DNA of 64,000 nt from Octopus vulgaris (lineage: Eukaryota), in NCBI GenBank assembly GCA_951406725.2, contig OX597836.1, positions 13,950,001-14,014,000 of the forward strand, given 5' to 3'. The position numbers were made by a program, and so were the translations under genes. Every line of letters starts with the position of its first letter. Within the stretch, counting starts at the first letter, position 1. The notes beneath the pieces were generated by a model that worked only from the letters and a program-made list of their open reading frames with translations, was not told where the DNA came from and did not search any database. Positions 13,595 to 27,372 of the stretch are shown here, one piece after another.

Positions 13595-13801
13595 TCTTAT
13601 TGCCCCAGCCCTAAACAGGACTTCGCTTTCGTCGAACGGCTCCACTACAAACCGATGAGTGCCAATGACATCCGATGGAATTTCGAGAAGTTCTTAATCA
13701 ACCGTAAAGGAAAACCAGTCATGCGTTTCGCAACAGCTGTGCTTCCTGACGAAATTCGACCATACATCGTTCATCTTCTAGAAGAGAAAGAAGAATTTTA
13801 A
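13595..13801 (+). CDS. GPX: Glutathione peroxidase, last coding exon (SYCPSPKQDF...NDIRWNFEKFLINRKGKPVMRF...KEEF*)
   Basis: Long polypyrimidine tract plus cag; DIxWNFEKFL motif (catalytic Trp/Asn); TAA stop; in frame with the previous exon. Confidence 0.95.
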   Translation, partial: SYCPSPKQDFAFVERLHYKPMSANDIRWNFEKFLINRKGKPVMRFATAVLPDEIRPYIVHLLEEKEEF

Positions 13802-14074
13802 TCGCATAGAATGATGCCTGTATTTGCGTGTGTGAATGAGTGAACACGCATGTGTATATGTGAGGGTGAATGTGTGTGCATGTGTGTATGTGTCAGTGTG
13901 TGTAAGTGGAATGGAGAGAGGGTTTGGGAGAAGTGGGTGCTTGTTAAGAATTATTTTCTCTTTCATGAATCTGGTTAGTGATGGAAATCCTTGAGAATTA
14001 ACAGACCCTTTTTATAAATAGAAATCCTTCTTGGAGTTCCATATAAAAGGAACTAGTTAGATTTGGAAGGGTTG

Positions 14075-14082
14075 TATGTATG

Positions 14083-14117
<35 letters not shown>

Positions 14118-14190
14118 GAGTATATGTGTGTGTATGTATGCATACATACATATATAAATATATAAATTAAATATACATACATATACATAC

Positions 14191-14224
<34 letters not shown>

Positions 14225-14328
14225 TATAAACTTATATACATACATATATATATGTATGTATGTATATATATATATATGTATATATATATATGTATATATA
14301 TATATGTATATATATATATATGTATATG

Positions 14329-14389
<61 letters not shown>

Positions 14390-14457
14390 GTATATATATA
14401 TATGTATATATATATGTATATATATATATATGTATATGTATATATATGTATATGTAT

Positions 14458-14504
<47 letters not shown>

Positions 14505-14510
14505 ATACAT

Positions 14511-14544
<34 letters not shown>

Positions 14545-14557
14545 ATATATATATATA
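14075..14557. repeat. (TA)n/(TATG)n microsatellite between the GPx stop and SECIS
   Basis: Read directly from the sequence. Confidence 0.95.
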
Positions 14558-15049
14558 TTCCAAAGATTTTCATCTCTAATGGGACTCTGTATTTTCCCCT
14601 CTCATGCTTTTGTGAGCTAGAAATCTAGCAATTCAGCAATTAAATAAATGAAATACAAAATAAATAAATTTTCCCCTTTAAGCCTCAAAATATCCCATGA
14701 AACACATTCTCAGTGATCGAAATCATCAAGTAGTTTTATAACCATTATTAGTATTAGTGGTAGTATTATTACAAAACTATTATCATTGATATGATTATTT
14801 CCTTATAAGGCAGCGAGGTGGTAGAATCGTTAAAGCTTCAGACAAAATGCTTTTAGTAGAATTTCTTCCCATTTTCTGCATTCTGAGATCAAATCCAGCT
14901 GAACTTAACTTTGTATTTCATCCTTTTGGGGTCAATAAAATAAGTATCGATCAAGTGCTGGGGTTAATGTAATCAATTTGTCCATCCCATCAATATTGCT
15001 GGTCTTGTGTCAAATTATAAAGAAATTAATATTTTAAGTATCTATATTA

Positions 15050-15380
15050 TTTTAAAAATTAGATGGCCCGAACACATAAGCAATAGGGAGCTATGCCAAA
15101 GAACAAATCAAGTTTCGAATAGGGAGCAAATATTTAAGAAAAAGTGGAAGTGGATTGGTAGCACAATTAGAAAAGACACACCAAATGTAGCGAAAAGTGC
15201 TTTAAAGTGGAAACCGGTTGGATATAGCAGGAGAGGTAGGCCTAAGAACTCGTGGTGGAGATCAACACAAAAGGAACTAGAGAAAGGGGGACATTCATGG
15301 CAGAGTAGAAGCCAAAAATTATGCGACATGGAATTCAACTATAAGTGGCCTATACTCCGCATTGGAGGGCTAAAGGTATA
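15050..15380 (+). mobile_element. RTE-type LINE 3' fragment
   Basis: IRWPEHISNREL...KWKWIG...ALKWKPVG.RRGRPKNSW. Confidence 0.8.
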
Positions 15381-15720
15381 AAGAAAAGAAAGATATTATT
15401 TTTAAGTTCCCAAAATAATTTCACACACACACATGTATGAAAAGTATTAAAGCATACTTTAAAAGCAATTTGATCTGCGCTATAGTTATAAAAAGAATAA
15501 TAGTTTCAAAGTTTGGCACGGGGCCAGCAATTTTGTGAGGGAAGGGAATGTCAGTTACATTGGACCCCATACTTGACCGGTACTTACTTTATCGACCCTG
15601 AAACAATGAAAGGCAGAGTTGATGTTGGGAGGAAAATCTGAGTTCAGAACGGAGACGGGACAAAATACTGCTAAGCAATTTGTTCAGCGTGCCGATGGAT
15701 TTTGGCAGCTCGCTGCCTTC

Positions 15721-15755
<35 letters not shown>

Positions 15756-15835
15756 TGTTATTGTGTATAAACATGTCCAAAGACAAGCCGGAAGCTCCCC
15801 GGTGTCTCTCAGTGCCAGGCCACTTTACACCCTTC

Positions 15836-15883
15836 ATGACAGAGGCAGCCGAAACCAGCAAGAATCTGGTGGCCCCTCTTGAT
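15836..15883 (+). promoter_or_regulatory. SECIS element (type II) in the GPx 3' UTR
   Basis: ATGAC-AGAGGcaGCC-G-AAA-CCAG-caagaat-CTGG-T-GGCcCCTCT-TGAT: AUGA/GA quartet, ~10-nt helix II, unpaired AAA and apical mini-helix, downstream of a GPx on the same strand. Helix I is weak by eye. Confidence 0.85.
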
Positions 15884-16023
15884 ACGATGCATCGATTTGG
15901 TCAGAGTTGTGCATTCCTCTGCCAAGTGGAACATCATGTGTTCTAATCCTAGCATTGGAGACACTAGTCTGTTTTGGCTTAAGAAAACCAAAAAAAAAAC
16001 AATACAATACAATATAAATGGTG

Positions 16024-16029
16024 AATAAA
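16024..16029 (+). terminator. Likely GPx polyadenylation signal
   Basis: AATAAA about 140 nt after the SECIS, followed by a long T/GT-rich tract at ~16060-16120. Confidence 0.6.
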
Positions 16030-16313
16030 TTATTATTGTCATCAATCAAAAACGATCTATTGTTGTTTATTTGTTATTTTCTTGTTTTTATTTTCTTTGT
16101 ATGTTTTATGTTTTGTGTTTTACTTGTTTCAGCCTGAAGGTTTTATTTTTTTTTATGACTTATGTCATTTTTAAGTTTGGTACTTATTCTATCAGTCTCT
16201 TTTGCCAAACTGCTAGGTTATGGGGACGTAAACACACCAACATTGGTTGTCAAGTAATGGAGGAGAGACAAACACAAACACAAAGACATCCACACACACA
16301 CACACACACACAC

Positions 16314-16362
<49 letters not shown>

Positions 16363-16527
16363 GGCGCAGGAGTGGCTGTGTGGTAAGTAGCTTGCTTACC
16401 AACCACATGGTTCTGGGTTGAGTCCCATTGCGTGGCACCTTGGGCAAGTGTCTTCGACTATAGCCCCGGGCGGACCAAAGCCTTGTGAGTGGATTTGGGA
16501 GACGGAAACTGGAAGAAACTCGTCGTA

Positions 16528-16579
<52 letters not shown>

Positions 16580-16933
16580 TGTGTGTGTATATGTTTGTGT
16601 GTCTGTGTTTGTCCCCACAACATCGCTGGTGTGTTTATGTCCCCGTAACTTAGCGGTTCGGCAAAAGAGACCGATAGAATAAGTACTAGGCTTACAAAGA
16701 ATAAGTCCTGGGGTCGATTTGCTCGACTAAAGGCGGTGCTCCAGCATGGCCACAGTCAAATGACTGAAACAAGTAAAAGAGAAAAAGAAAGAGAATACGA
16801 CAGACTCCTTTCAGTTTCTGTCTAGCAAATCCACTCACAAGGCTTTGTTCAGCCCAAGGCCATAGATGAAGACACTGACCCAAGGTGCCATGTAGTTGGG
16901 AAGCAAGCTTCTTACTGTGCAGCCACTCCTCTG

Positions 16934-16978
<45 letters not shown>

Positions 16979-17436
16979 TTCTCTTTACTTGTTTCAGTCA
17001 TTTGACTGTAGCCATGCTGGAGCACCGCCTTTAGTCGAATAACCCGACTCCAGGACTAATTCTTTGTGAACCTACTACGTATTCTATCACACTCTTTTGC
17101 CAAACAACTAAGTTACAGGGATGTAAACACACCAATATCGGTTGTCAAGTGATGGTGAGGGACAAACGCAGACACCTAAACACTCACACACACACACACA
17201 TATATATATATATACACATACATACATACACACACACAGACACACCATATATATATACTTATATACGACAGGCTTCCTTCAGTTTCCGTCTACCAAATCA
17301 ACTCACAAGGCTTTGGTTGGCCCGAGGCTATAGTAGAAGACACTTGCCCAAAGTGCTATGTAGTGGGACTGAACCTGGAACCAAGTCGATGGGAAGCAAG
17401 CTTCTTACCACACAACCGTGACTATAGGTATATATC

Positions 17437-17479
<43 letters not shown>

Positions 17480-17684
17480 AGGAAGAAGGAAAGTCAGAAA
17501 AAGAAAGATGGGTTTCTTTCAGTTTCAGTGTCAACGAAATCCACTCACAAGGCTTTGGTTGCCCTGTGGTTATAGTAGAATACATTTGCCCAAGGTGCCA
17601 CACAGTGGGACTGAACCCGGAACCATGTGGTTGGGAAACAAGCTTCTTTCCACACAGCCATGACTATAGGTATATATCAAACGG

Positions 17685-18160
<476 letters not shown>

Positions 18161-18646
18161 AATAAATAGAGATGAAGGAAGGCCATTAACCTAAAAGATA
18201 ATTGGAGCCAAAGATAATTTAGAGTTATCTCCCTTAATCCAGGCGATACTAAATTATTTAATGACCGTTTCATACCTAATCGTTTAATCAGATACGAAGA
18301 GATTAGCGACAATTCACTGAGCTAATCTCGTAGGCATACGCTGTAAGAAATTTCCACCCCACCCCTCCCCACTTTCATCTATTTTATTTATCAGGTATAT
18401 ATATATATTAATGGATTTCATAGGCGCAGGCGTGGCTGTGTGGTAAAAAGCTTGCTTTTCAACCACGTGATTACGGGATCAATCCCACTGCGTGGCACCT
18501 TGGTCGAGTGTCTTTTAACTATAGCCTTGGGCCAACCAATGCCTTGTGAGTGGATTTGGTAGACGGAAACTGAAAGAAGCCCGTCGAACACACATACATT
18601 TATATATATATATATATATATATACATACACACACACACACACACA

Positions 18647-18694
<48 letters not shown>

Positions 18695-19251
18695 GACAGG
18701 CTTCCTTCAGTTTCCGTCTACCAAATCCACTCACAAGGCTTTGGTCGGTCCGAGGCTATAGCAGAAGACACTTGCCCAAGGTGCCACGCAGTGGGACTGA
18801 ACCCGGGACCATGTGGTTGGTAAGCAAGCTACTTACCACACAGCCACTCCTGCGCCTACATGTATATAAGTAATACTAGGTTTATTCAACTGAAACCCTT
18901 CAAGGCTGTGCTCCAGTATGGCCACAATTAAATGACTGAAATAAGTAAACAAATAAAAAAAGTACCAGAATATACATGCAATGCTATGGCCACGTTCTCC
19001 AGACAAGAATGTGGATCTTTATCTTACCTGTTCTTACTCTTTTACTTGAGTCAGTCATATGACTGCAGCCATGCTGGAGCACCGCCTTTAGTCGAGCAAA
19101 TCGACCCCAGGACTTATTCTTTGTAAGCCTGGTACTTATTCTATCGGTCTATTCTTTTGCCAAACCGCTAAGTTACGGAGACGTAAACATACTACCATCG
19201 GTTGTCAAGCGATGTTGGGGGGACAAACAGACACATAAACATAGACACAAA

Positions 19252-19292
<41 letters not shown>

Positions 19293-20754
19293 ATCACGTA
19301 ACCGACCAGACCATCAGATGTTGTTACACATCGCTGGTCACAATGCATTCGCATTGTTTTAGCCTTCGAATGACGCCACCCCGCTGGCTAAGCGAGCAGG
19401 CCAACAGAAGAAAGAGTGGTGAAAGAGTACAGCAGGGATCACCACCCCCTGCTGGAGCCTCATGGAGCTTTTAGGTGTTTTCGCTCAATAAACACACACA
19501 ACGCCCGGTCTGGGAATCGAAACCGCGATCCTGCGACAGCGAGTCCGCTGCCCTAACCACTAGCCCATTGCGCCTCCACATATATATATATATATATACG
19601 ACAGGCTTCTTTCAGTTTCCGTCTACCAAATCCACTCACAAGGCATTGGTCGACTCAAGGCTATAGTTGAAGACATTTGCCCAAGGTGCCATGCAGTGGG
19701 ATTGAACCCAGAACCATGTGGTTGGTAAGCAAGCTACTTACCACACAGCCACTCCTGCGCCTATCCTTTTATCCCCTTTTTATTTTGGAGTGCGGCCTTG
19801 CGGAAGCATTGCCTTGAAGAGCTTTAGTTAAGCAAATCAATCCGGGCCCTTATTTTTAAAGTCTGGTGGTCATTCCAGGGGTCAAAGTGTCACAGCTGTG
19901 CTAAGTACAGCATCCTTGTTATAGTGAAAACAAGGCGGCCTACAGCTTTGCCTGTTACTATGGAAACAGACACTAATAGGCGCCGGAGTGGCTGTGTGGT
20001 AAGTAGCTTGCTTACCAACCACATGGTCCGGGTTCAGTCCCACTGCGTGGCATTTTGGGCAAGTGTCTTCTACTATAACCTCGGGCCGACCAATGCCTTG
20101 TGAGTGGATTTGGCAGACGGAAACTGAAAGAAGCCTGTCGTATATATATATATATGTATGTGTGTGTATATGTTTGTGTGTCTGTGTTTGTCCCCCTAGC
20201 ATTGCTTGACAACTGATGCTGGTGTGTTTACGTCCCCGTCACTCAGCGGTTCAGCAAAAGAGACCGATAGAATAAGTTACTGGGCTTACAAAGAATAAGT
20301 CCCGGGGTCGAGTTGCTCGACTAAAGGTGGTGCTCCAGCATGGCCGCAGTCAAATGACTGAAACAAGTAAAAGAGTAAAGAGTAATATGAGATTTACAGA
20401 CGTGTGTATCCTGGATCTTATTTTCGAAGTCTCATACTATTGGACTCTTTTGCTGAACCACTAAGTTACGGGAACGTAAACAAACTCATACAGGTTGTCA
20501 AGCAATGGAGGAGGAGGCAATTACAAACGCATATGGAGGCGAACACCTTTCTCCATATGACCGGCTTGAAAAATTGTAAAGACACAAGGATATTTTCCTA
20601 CTTTTCTTCACCTGAAACCAATGGTAGCCTTAATTCACAAATAAAGAAATTATATATCCACCAATGTGGTGCTGAGCACTCGTTTCATCGTCCAACATTT
20701 ACGAATATATATATACTCACACACACAGATATACACATATATAAATATATACAT

Positions 20755-20795
<41 letters not shown>

Positions 20796-21639
20796 CATAC
20801 ATACACACACGGTTCGGCAAAAGAGACCGATAGAATAAGTACTGGGCTTACAAAGAATAAGTCCCGGGGTCGATTTGCTCGACTAAAGGCGGTGCTCCAG
20901 CATGGCCGCAGTCAAATGACTGAAACAAGTAAAAGAGTATATATATGTATATGCACACAAAAATATATATACCCACATGCATACATACATATATACACAC
21001 CTATATGCATATATATATATATATATATATAGTCAAGACTATAGAAAAGGTTGCAAGACGCAACGAAAATTTTAGGAAAAAAAAAATAAGAAAAAAAAAG
21101 TGGAAATTTTATTGGTGAGTGTGTTACGTTATAAGGCAAAAAAAGAAAATGACTCTCCCCAGACACAACAGTATATAAACATATATATGATGGTCTTCCA
21201 CACAGTCTCCATCTATCAAATTCCTCCCAAGTCATTGGTCAGCCTAGGGCTATAGTGCAAGACACTTGTCCAAGGTGCTGAGCAGTAGGACTGAACCCAA
21301 AATCACATGGTTAGTAAGCAAGTTTCTTAACAACACAGCCATGCCAGTGCCTAGTTCAGTGTATACTGTGAAATGAATTTGGATGGCGGGCTGGACAATT
21401 AGAAATATTTATTTTTACAACCACAAGCAAGAGAAAAGAGCTAAGCAGACTGAGTTTCTTAACCACAAAGCCATGACCAAATGGAATATTGCTTAAATTT
21501 GGTCAAGAAAAACCCATTATGTTACACTAAGAACCAAAAGCTAATGTATTCCAGCACAAATGAATTCTTATCATCATCATCATCCAGGTTCAGTCCCACA
21601 GTGTGGCACCTTGGGTAAGTGTCTTTTTACAAAAAACCC

Positions 21640-22487
21640 GATTTTTTCGTGGCCGTTGCCAGTACTGCCTGATTGACCCTCATGCCGGTGGCACGTAAAA
21701 GCATCCACTACACTCTCGGAGTGGTTGGCATTAGGAAGGGCATCCAGCTGTAGAAACTCTGCCAGATCAAGTTTGGAGCCTGGTGCAGCCATTTGGTTCG
21801 CCAGTCCACTGTCAAATCGTCCAACCCATGCTAGCATGGAAAGCGGACATTAAACCGTGTTGATATGTATGAATATATATATATATATATACATATGTCG
21901 AGGTCGTTGCCAGTGCCACTGGAGTGGCTCCTGTGCAGGTGGCACACAAAAAACACCATTTGAGCATGGCCGTTGCCAGTACTAGCAGACTGGCCCTCGT
22001 GCCGGTGGTACATACAAGCACCCACTACACTCTCAGAGTGGTTGTCGTTAGGAAGGGCATCCAGCAGTAGAAACACTGCCAGATCAAGATTGGAGCCTGG
22101 TGCAGCCGTCTGGTTCACCAGCCCACAGTCATTCGTCCAACCCATGCTAGCATGGAATGTGGAGGTTAAACCGTGTTGATATGTATGTATATATATATAT
22201 ACATAATGTCGAGGTCGTTGCCAGTGCCACTGGAGTGGGTCCTGTGCAGGTGGCACACAAAAAGCACCATTTGAGCGTGACAAGTACTAGCAGACTGGCC
22301 CCCGTGCTGGTGGCATGTAAAAGCACCCACTACACTCTGAGTGGTTGGCATTAGGAAGGGCATCCAGCTGTAGAAACTCTGCCAGATCAGATTGGAGCCT
22401 GGTGCAGCCATCTGGTTTGCCGGTCCTCAGTCAAAATCGTCCAACCCATGCTAGCATGGAAAGCGGACATTAAACCGTGTCGATATG

Positions 22488-22521
<34 letters not shown>

Positions 22522-23882
22522 TCAATAAATGGTGGGGTTGTGTTGACCTCACGTGGAGAAATGATAAGCAAGGAAAAATTGTAAAAATGCAGAATGCTCA
22601 AATGAAAGAAAATTTTAATGAAATGAGAAATTGATAAAATATATAAATATATATTTATTCAAACCGGTTTTCGTCATTGTATGACTTGCCAAGAATATTT
22701 AGGTTAAAAAGTTTTTTAAAAATTAGAAAAGGGAAAAAAGAAAATTGCATTGTTTTTTGCAAAAGAATAATAATAGATATGTACAAAAATTAAAAAATAA
22801 GTACTTCGATACATTGTGAGTTCGTTGTGTATCTTGAGTTTAATGATTGTTCACGAAAAAGTTACCTTCAGGTATTAGGATCCAATGGGATTAAGAGCAT
22901 GTGTTGTTTGGTTTAATTAAGGATGTTGGCAAAACAGGAAGTAGTAGTAATTGTGGTTCTTCAGTTCCTGTGTTGTGAATAAGGGGAGACAACTCTTTTG
23001 AGTTCTTCAATAACGGCTGTTAATAAACCCCAAATTATAAAATTATCATTTTAGCTTCATTTGCATTATCTTTTTTATATAATTGTTTGTTAACTTAACT
23101 TTCAGATTTTAACACTTTATTTATATTATTTTCTAATTATATAAATTTGCATAGACAATTGCATTTCAGATTGTTATATCATATATAATAAAAATGATAG
23201 TAATAACAACAATAGTAAAAATGATATTTAAAGAATATAAGTTTTAGCTTGAAGTGATGAATGCATGGTATCCTTATATATTTGTGTTAGTCCATCCATG
23301 AAGAAATGAGGTAGAAAAAGGAAGTTTGATCAACGAGGAGTTTGCATAAACCAAACAACACATGCTCTTAATCCCATTGGATCCTAATACCTGAAGGTAA
23401 CTTTTTTGTGAACAATCATTAAACTCAAGATACACAACGAACTCACAATGTATCGAAGTACTTATTTTTTAATTTTTGTACATATCTATTATTATGCAAT
23501 TTTCTTTTTTCCCCTTTCTAATTTTTAAAAAACTTTTTAACCTAAATATTCTTGACAAGTCATACGATGACGAAAACCGGTTTGAATAAATATATATTTA
23601 TATATATATAATGTCGAGGTCGTTGCCAGTGCCACTGGAGTGGCACACAAAAAACACCATTTGAGTGTGGCCGTTGCCAGTACTAGCAGACTGGCCCTCG
23701 TGCCGGTGGCATGTAAAAGCACCCACTACACTCTCAGAGTGTTTGGCGTTAGGAAGGGCATCCAGCTGTAGAAACTCTGCCAGATCAGACTGGAGCCTGG
23801 TGCAGCATTCTGGTTCGCCGGTCCTCAGTCAAATTGTCCAACCCATGCTAGCATGGAAAAGTGGACGTTAAACGATGATGAT
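21640..23882 (+). mobile_element. Four tandem copies of a SINE family with a (GAT)n tail, interrupted by the fold-back element
   Basis: gtgccggtggcacgtaaaagcaccc...aggaagggcatccagc...catgctagcatggaaagcggacgttaaacgatgatg. Same family at ~31230, 37325, 43085, 48085 and 56355. Confidence 0.8.
22641..23605. mobile_element. Fold-back element with ~265-bp inverted arms, probably Penelope-like, with a hammerhead-like motif at each end
   Basis: 22641-22914 is the reverse complement of 23347-23605; TATTC-TTGACAA-GTCAT/ATGAC-GAAA-ACCGGT-TT-GAATA at 23547-23588. Confidence 0.7.
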
Positions 23883-23998
23883 GAAGGGTGTAATACCTGA
23901 TCTTTCTGCTGTTTTTATGGCTATACTGCATTCAAAATATTACTTTGTTTGTAAAACACCATACACATTTAATACTTTCAAAGTTTGTTTATAAAATA

Positions 23999-24350
23999 CT
24001 AGCAGTATCGCCCGGCGTTTGTCGGCTTTGTAAGGGAAATAACTATATAAGCATTTTTAGGGAGTTATAGCCAAAAAATAGCAAAAAAATGCATTAAAAA
24101 TGGAAAAAAAATTATGGTAAATTTTCTTTTAAATCGTTGACTCATCGTAGACATTTTTAGAGAGTTACTTCCCTTATATAAAAGCGAAAAAATGCATTAA
24201 AATGGAAAAAAATTATGGTAAATTATTTTTAAAATCGTAGACTCATCGTAGACGCGCGCTAATACCCAGAAGGGCTCGATACGAATCACGACTATAAGAT
24301 ACCCGCTTTTGGTTAAACTGCACCGCAGAATGTGGGAGTATATATAAAGA
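23999..24350 (-). mobile_element. Non-autonomous Helitron
   Basis: Same family as 2698-3096; TC...CTAG termini. Confidence 0.85.
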
Positions 24351-24719
24351 TGTGTTTGAATGACATAGAACAAATGATAATGAATAAATGAGGGCATGAA
24401 AGAGCTAAAGTCAATGAGCCTGAGTGAATAAGAATGAATGAGTCAGTGATTGAAATTGAAAGAAAATGAGCCCGAAAGAATGTGAGTGAATGAATGAGAT
24501 ATTTTGTGAATGAAAGTTGGCAAAAAAAGTTTGCGAATGAGAGTGAGAATGAAATTGAGGGAGCAAAAGAATGAGAATGAATGAGTAAAAAAAAGACAGA
24601 TAGGGAATGAGATTAATGAAAGAGTGAAAGTGAATGAATGAAAATGAAAGAAAAACAAAACAAAACAAAACTCAAACAAAAACCAAAGCTGAAAATATCA
24701 AATATATAAAATAAAAATA

Positions 24720-26281
24720 ACTCAACCATAAAACTTTTTTATAGTATTTATTTTTTATTATTATTTTTATTATTATATTTATTAGTGTTCTCAATTGTTC
24801 TTGCCTTATTTCTTCATCATCATCATCATCATCATCATAATAATAATGTTCTCTTTATTATTGTCATTTGTTTTTATTTACTTATTTAAAATTTTTTTCT
24901 GTTATTTAAAATTTTCACCCACCCCTCCCGTTTTTCTCTTTCTTCCTTCCTTCTTTCCCCCTCCCCTCTCTCTCCCTCTCTTTCTCATCACATTCCCATT
25001 TCCTTCACTCCTACCATCCCCCCCTTCGACCAATACATCCTCCCACTCACCGAAGAAAAAAAAAACCCTTTCTGACCCCACTTTAACAGATGACCCCCCC
25101 CACCTCTTTTTCCTTAGCTCCATTCCTAAGCACTCCCCTCGTCTTTCTGACCGTCCCACCCCCTGCCCTGCCCCATGATCCCCCCCAGCAACATCCCCAA
25201 CCCCATTAACCACTTTCTACTCCCCCCCCGCCAGTCTTCTTCCTCCTCTGCTCCACCCACTCTCTTAAATCCTCTTTCTCTCATATTCCAACCTCACTCC
25301 TCCTCCTCTTCCTCTTGTATTTTCCCCCCTGCTTCTCCCTCTCAGTTAATACTAGCATCCATCCATCCAGCCCTCCATCCATCCATCCTTCCATCCATCC
25401 ATCCATCCACCCTGTCTCATTCTGCCTTTCTTTCTTCCCTCTGTCCCACTTCAATGGAGAAAAAAAAAAAAAAAAGGGCAGAAATTTTTCCCTCTCTCTC
25501 TCTCTCTCACCCCCACCCCCCGCCAACTGGATTTTACTTTAGCTTCCTCTTCGCTCCCCCACCCACCCACCCCACAAACTGTGTGATGCAAACAAGATCT
25601 GTCTGTGTGTCTGTGTTTTATTACAAAAAAAAAAAAAAGGTGGGGGGTGAGTAAGGGGACACAAGAAAGAAAAAAAAGAAAATTTTAAACTCAGCAGCAG
25701 CAGCAGCAGTATGAGGAGGGTGGTGGGGGTGGATGGAAATTGTGGTCAGAGGGAGAAAGGTGTGGAAGTGGTTGTTTGACTGGGGGGGTGGGCCCTAAAA
25801 TCAACAGGGCCCACAGGGAACAATGAAGGTTGAGAAGAGGGTTAGCATAGCACAGTACAGAATCTGCATGGAGAGCCCAGTGGAGCGAGAGAGGGTGTAA
25901 GTTGTCAGAGGGGAGAGCGAGGAGTGGCATGGTAGAAAATGTATATACATACCTGCGTGTGTATATGCATATATACACATGCGGCATTCACATAGATGCG
26001 TATGCAAACATTTACAAGTATTTAGAAATTTTGAGAGATGCACATATACATGCATATGTATATGTATATATATATATATATACATCCATATCTATGCAGT
26101 AGTGTTCGTATGTAGGTGTGTGTATGTATATATATATATACATATATATACACACACACACATATATACATATATACACAGATATATATATAGATATATA
26201 TATACACGTACATACATATTCACCCACACACACACATATATATATACACACATAAACATATATATATATATATAAACACAT

Positions 26282-26328
<47 letters not shown>

Positions 26329-26359
26329 CACATACAAAAATATATATATATAAATTTAT

Positions 26360-26396
<37 letters not shown>

Positions 26397-26587
26397 CAAA
26401 AATATATATATATAAATGTATACAAATATATATATATATAAATGTATACAAATATATATATACATATATATATGTATATATAAACACATATACAAATATT
26501 ATATATATATATATACATACATATATAAACACACACATATATATATATATATATATACACACACATAAATATATATACATATATATT

Positions 26588-26636
<49 letters not shown>

Positions 26637-27327
26637 TACATGCAATTATGTATATAGATAGATAGAGAGATATACACACACACAAGCATACGTATGTGGC
26701 CAGGAGAGGGTCTCAGACTAATCTAGTTATCCAGTGGGGGGAATGGTAGAGACTTTCACAAAGAAAAATTCAATTACTTGGTGGGTTGGTTAGGGTCCGA
26801 TAAAGCGATATCCATCAGAACAACAGCTGAATGAATGTCTAGGTGGGGGGTGGGGTGTCAAGCAGCAGGGGTCCATGACACATGACAGTCAGTTGGTGGG
26901 TGGGGGTGGGGGGAAACAGTAGGGAGGGAGAGGGGGCTGGATATATGACTGTGATGAAGGTGAGCAGATGGATGGATGGATGGATGGATGGATGTATGAA
27001 TGGATGGATGGATCCAGAGCGAAGTAGGTGTGGATGTGTGCATGTCTATATACATACATTGTATATTCTTTCAGACTTCAATCGTTAGAGCGCAGCCTTG
27101 CGCAACTTTCAAGAAATTTAGCATCAATCCCCACCCCCACCCCCGAACCCCACTATTTTGATTGGAATATTTATTTTAATTGAACTTGAAAGTGAACCTT
27201 GATGGTCTACCAATTACACCATTCATTATATATATATACACACACATATATATATACACACATACATATATACACACATACATATATACATAGATATATA
27301 TATATATATATATATACATACATACAG

Positions 27328-27372
<45 letters not shown>

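Noticed and set aside
13965-14010. ATGA...AAA hairpin close to the GPx stop as a proximal SECIS
   Set aside because: The stem TCTGGTTAGT/ATTAACAGA is not followed by the required 3' NGAN half of the quartet.
14057-14620. Long YI/IY, SL, KER and HT repeat ORFs here and at 755-1208, 17566-18312, 26012-26689 and 50288-50675
   Set aside because: Translations of microsatellites.
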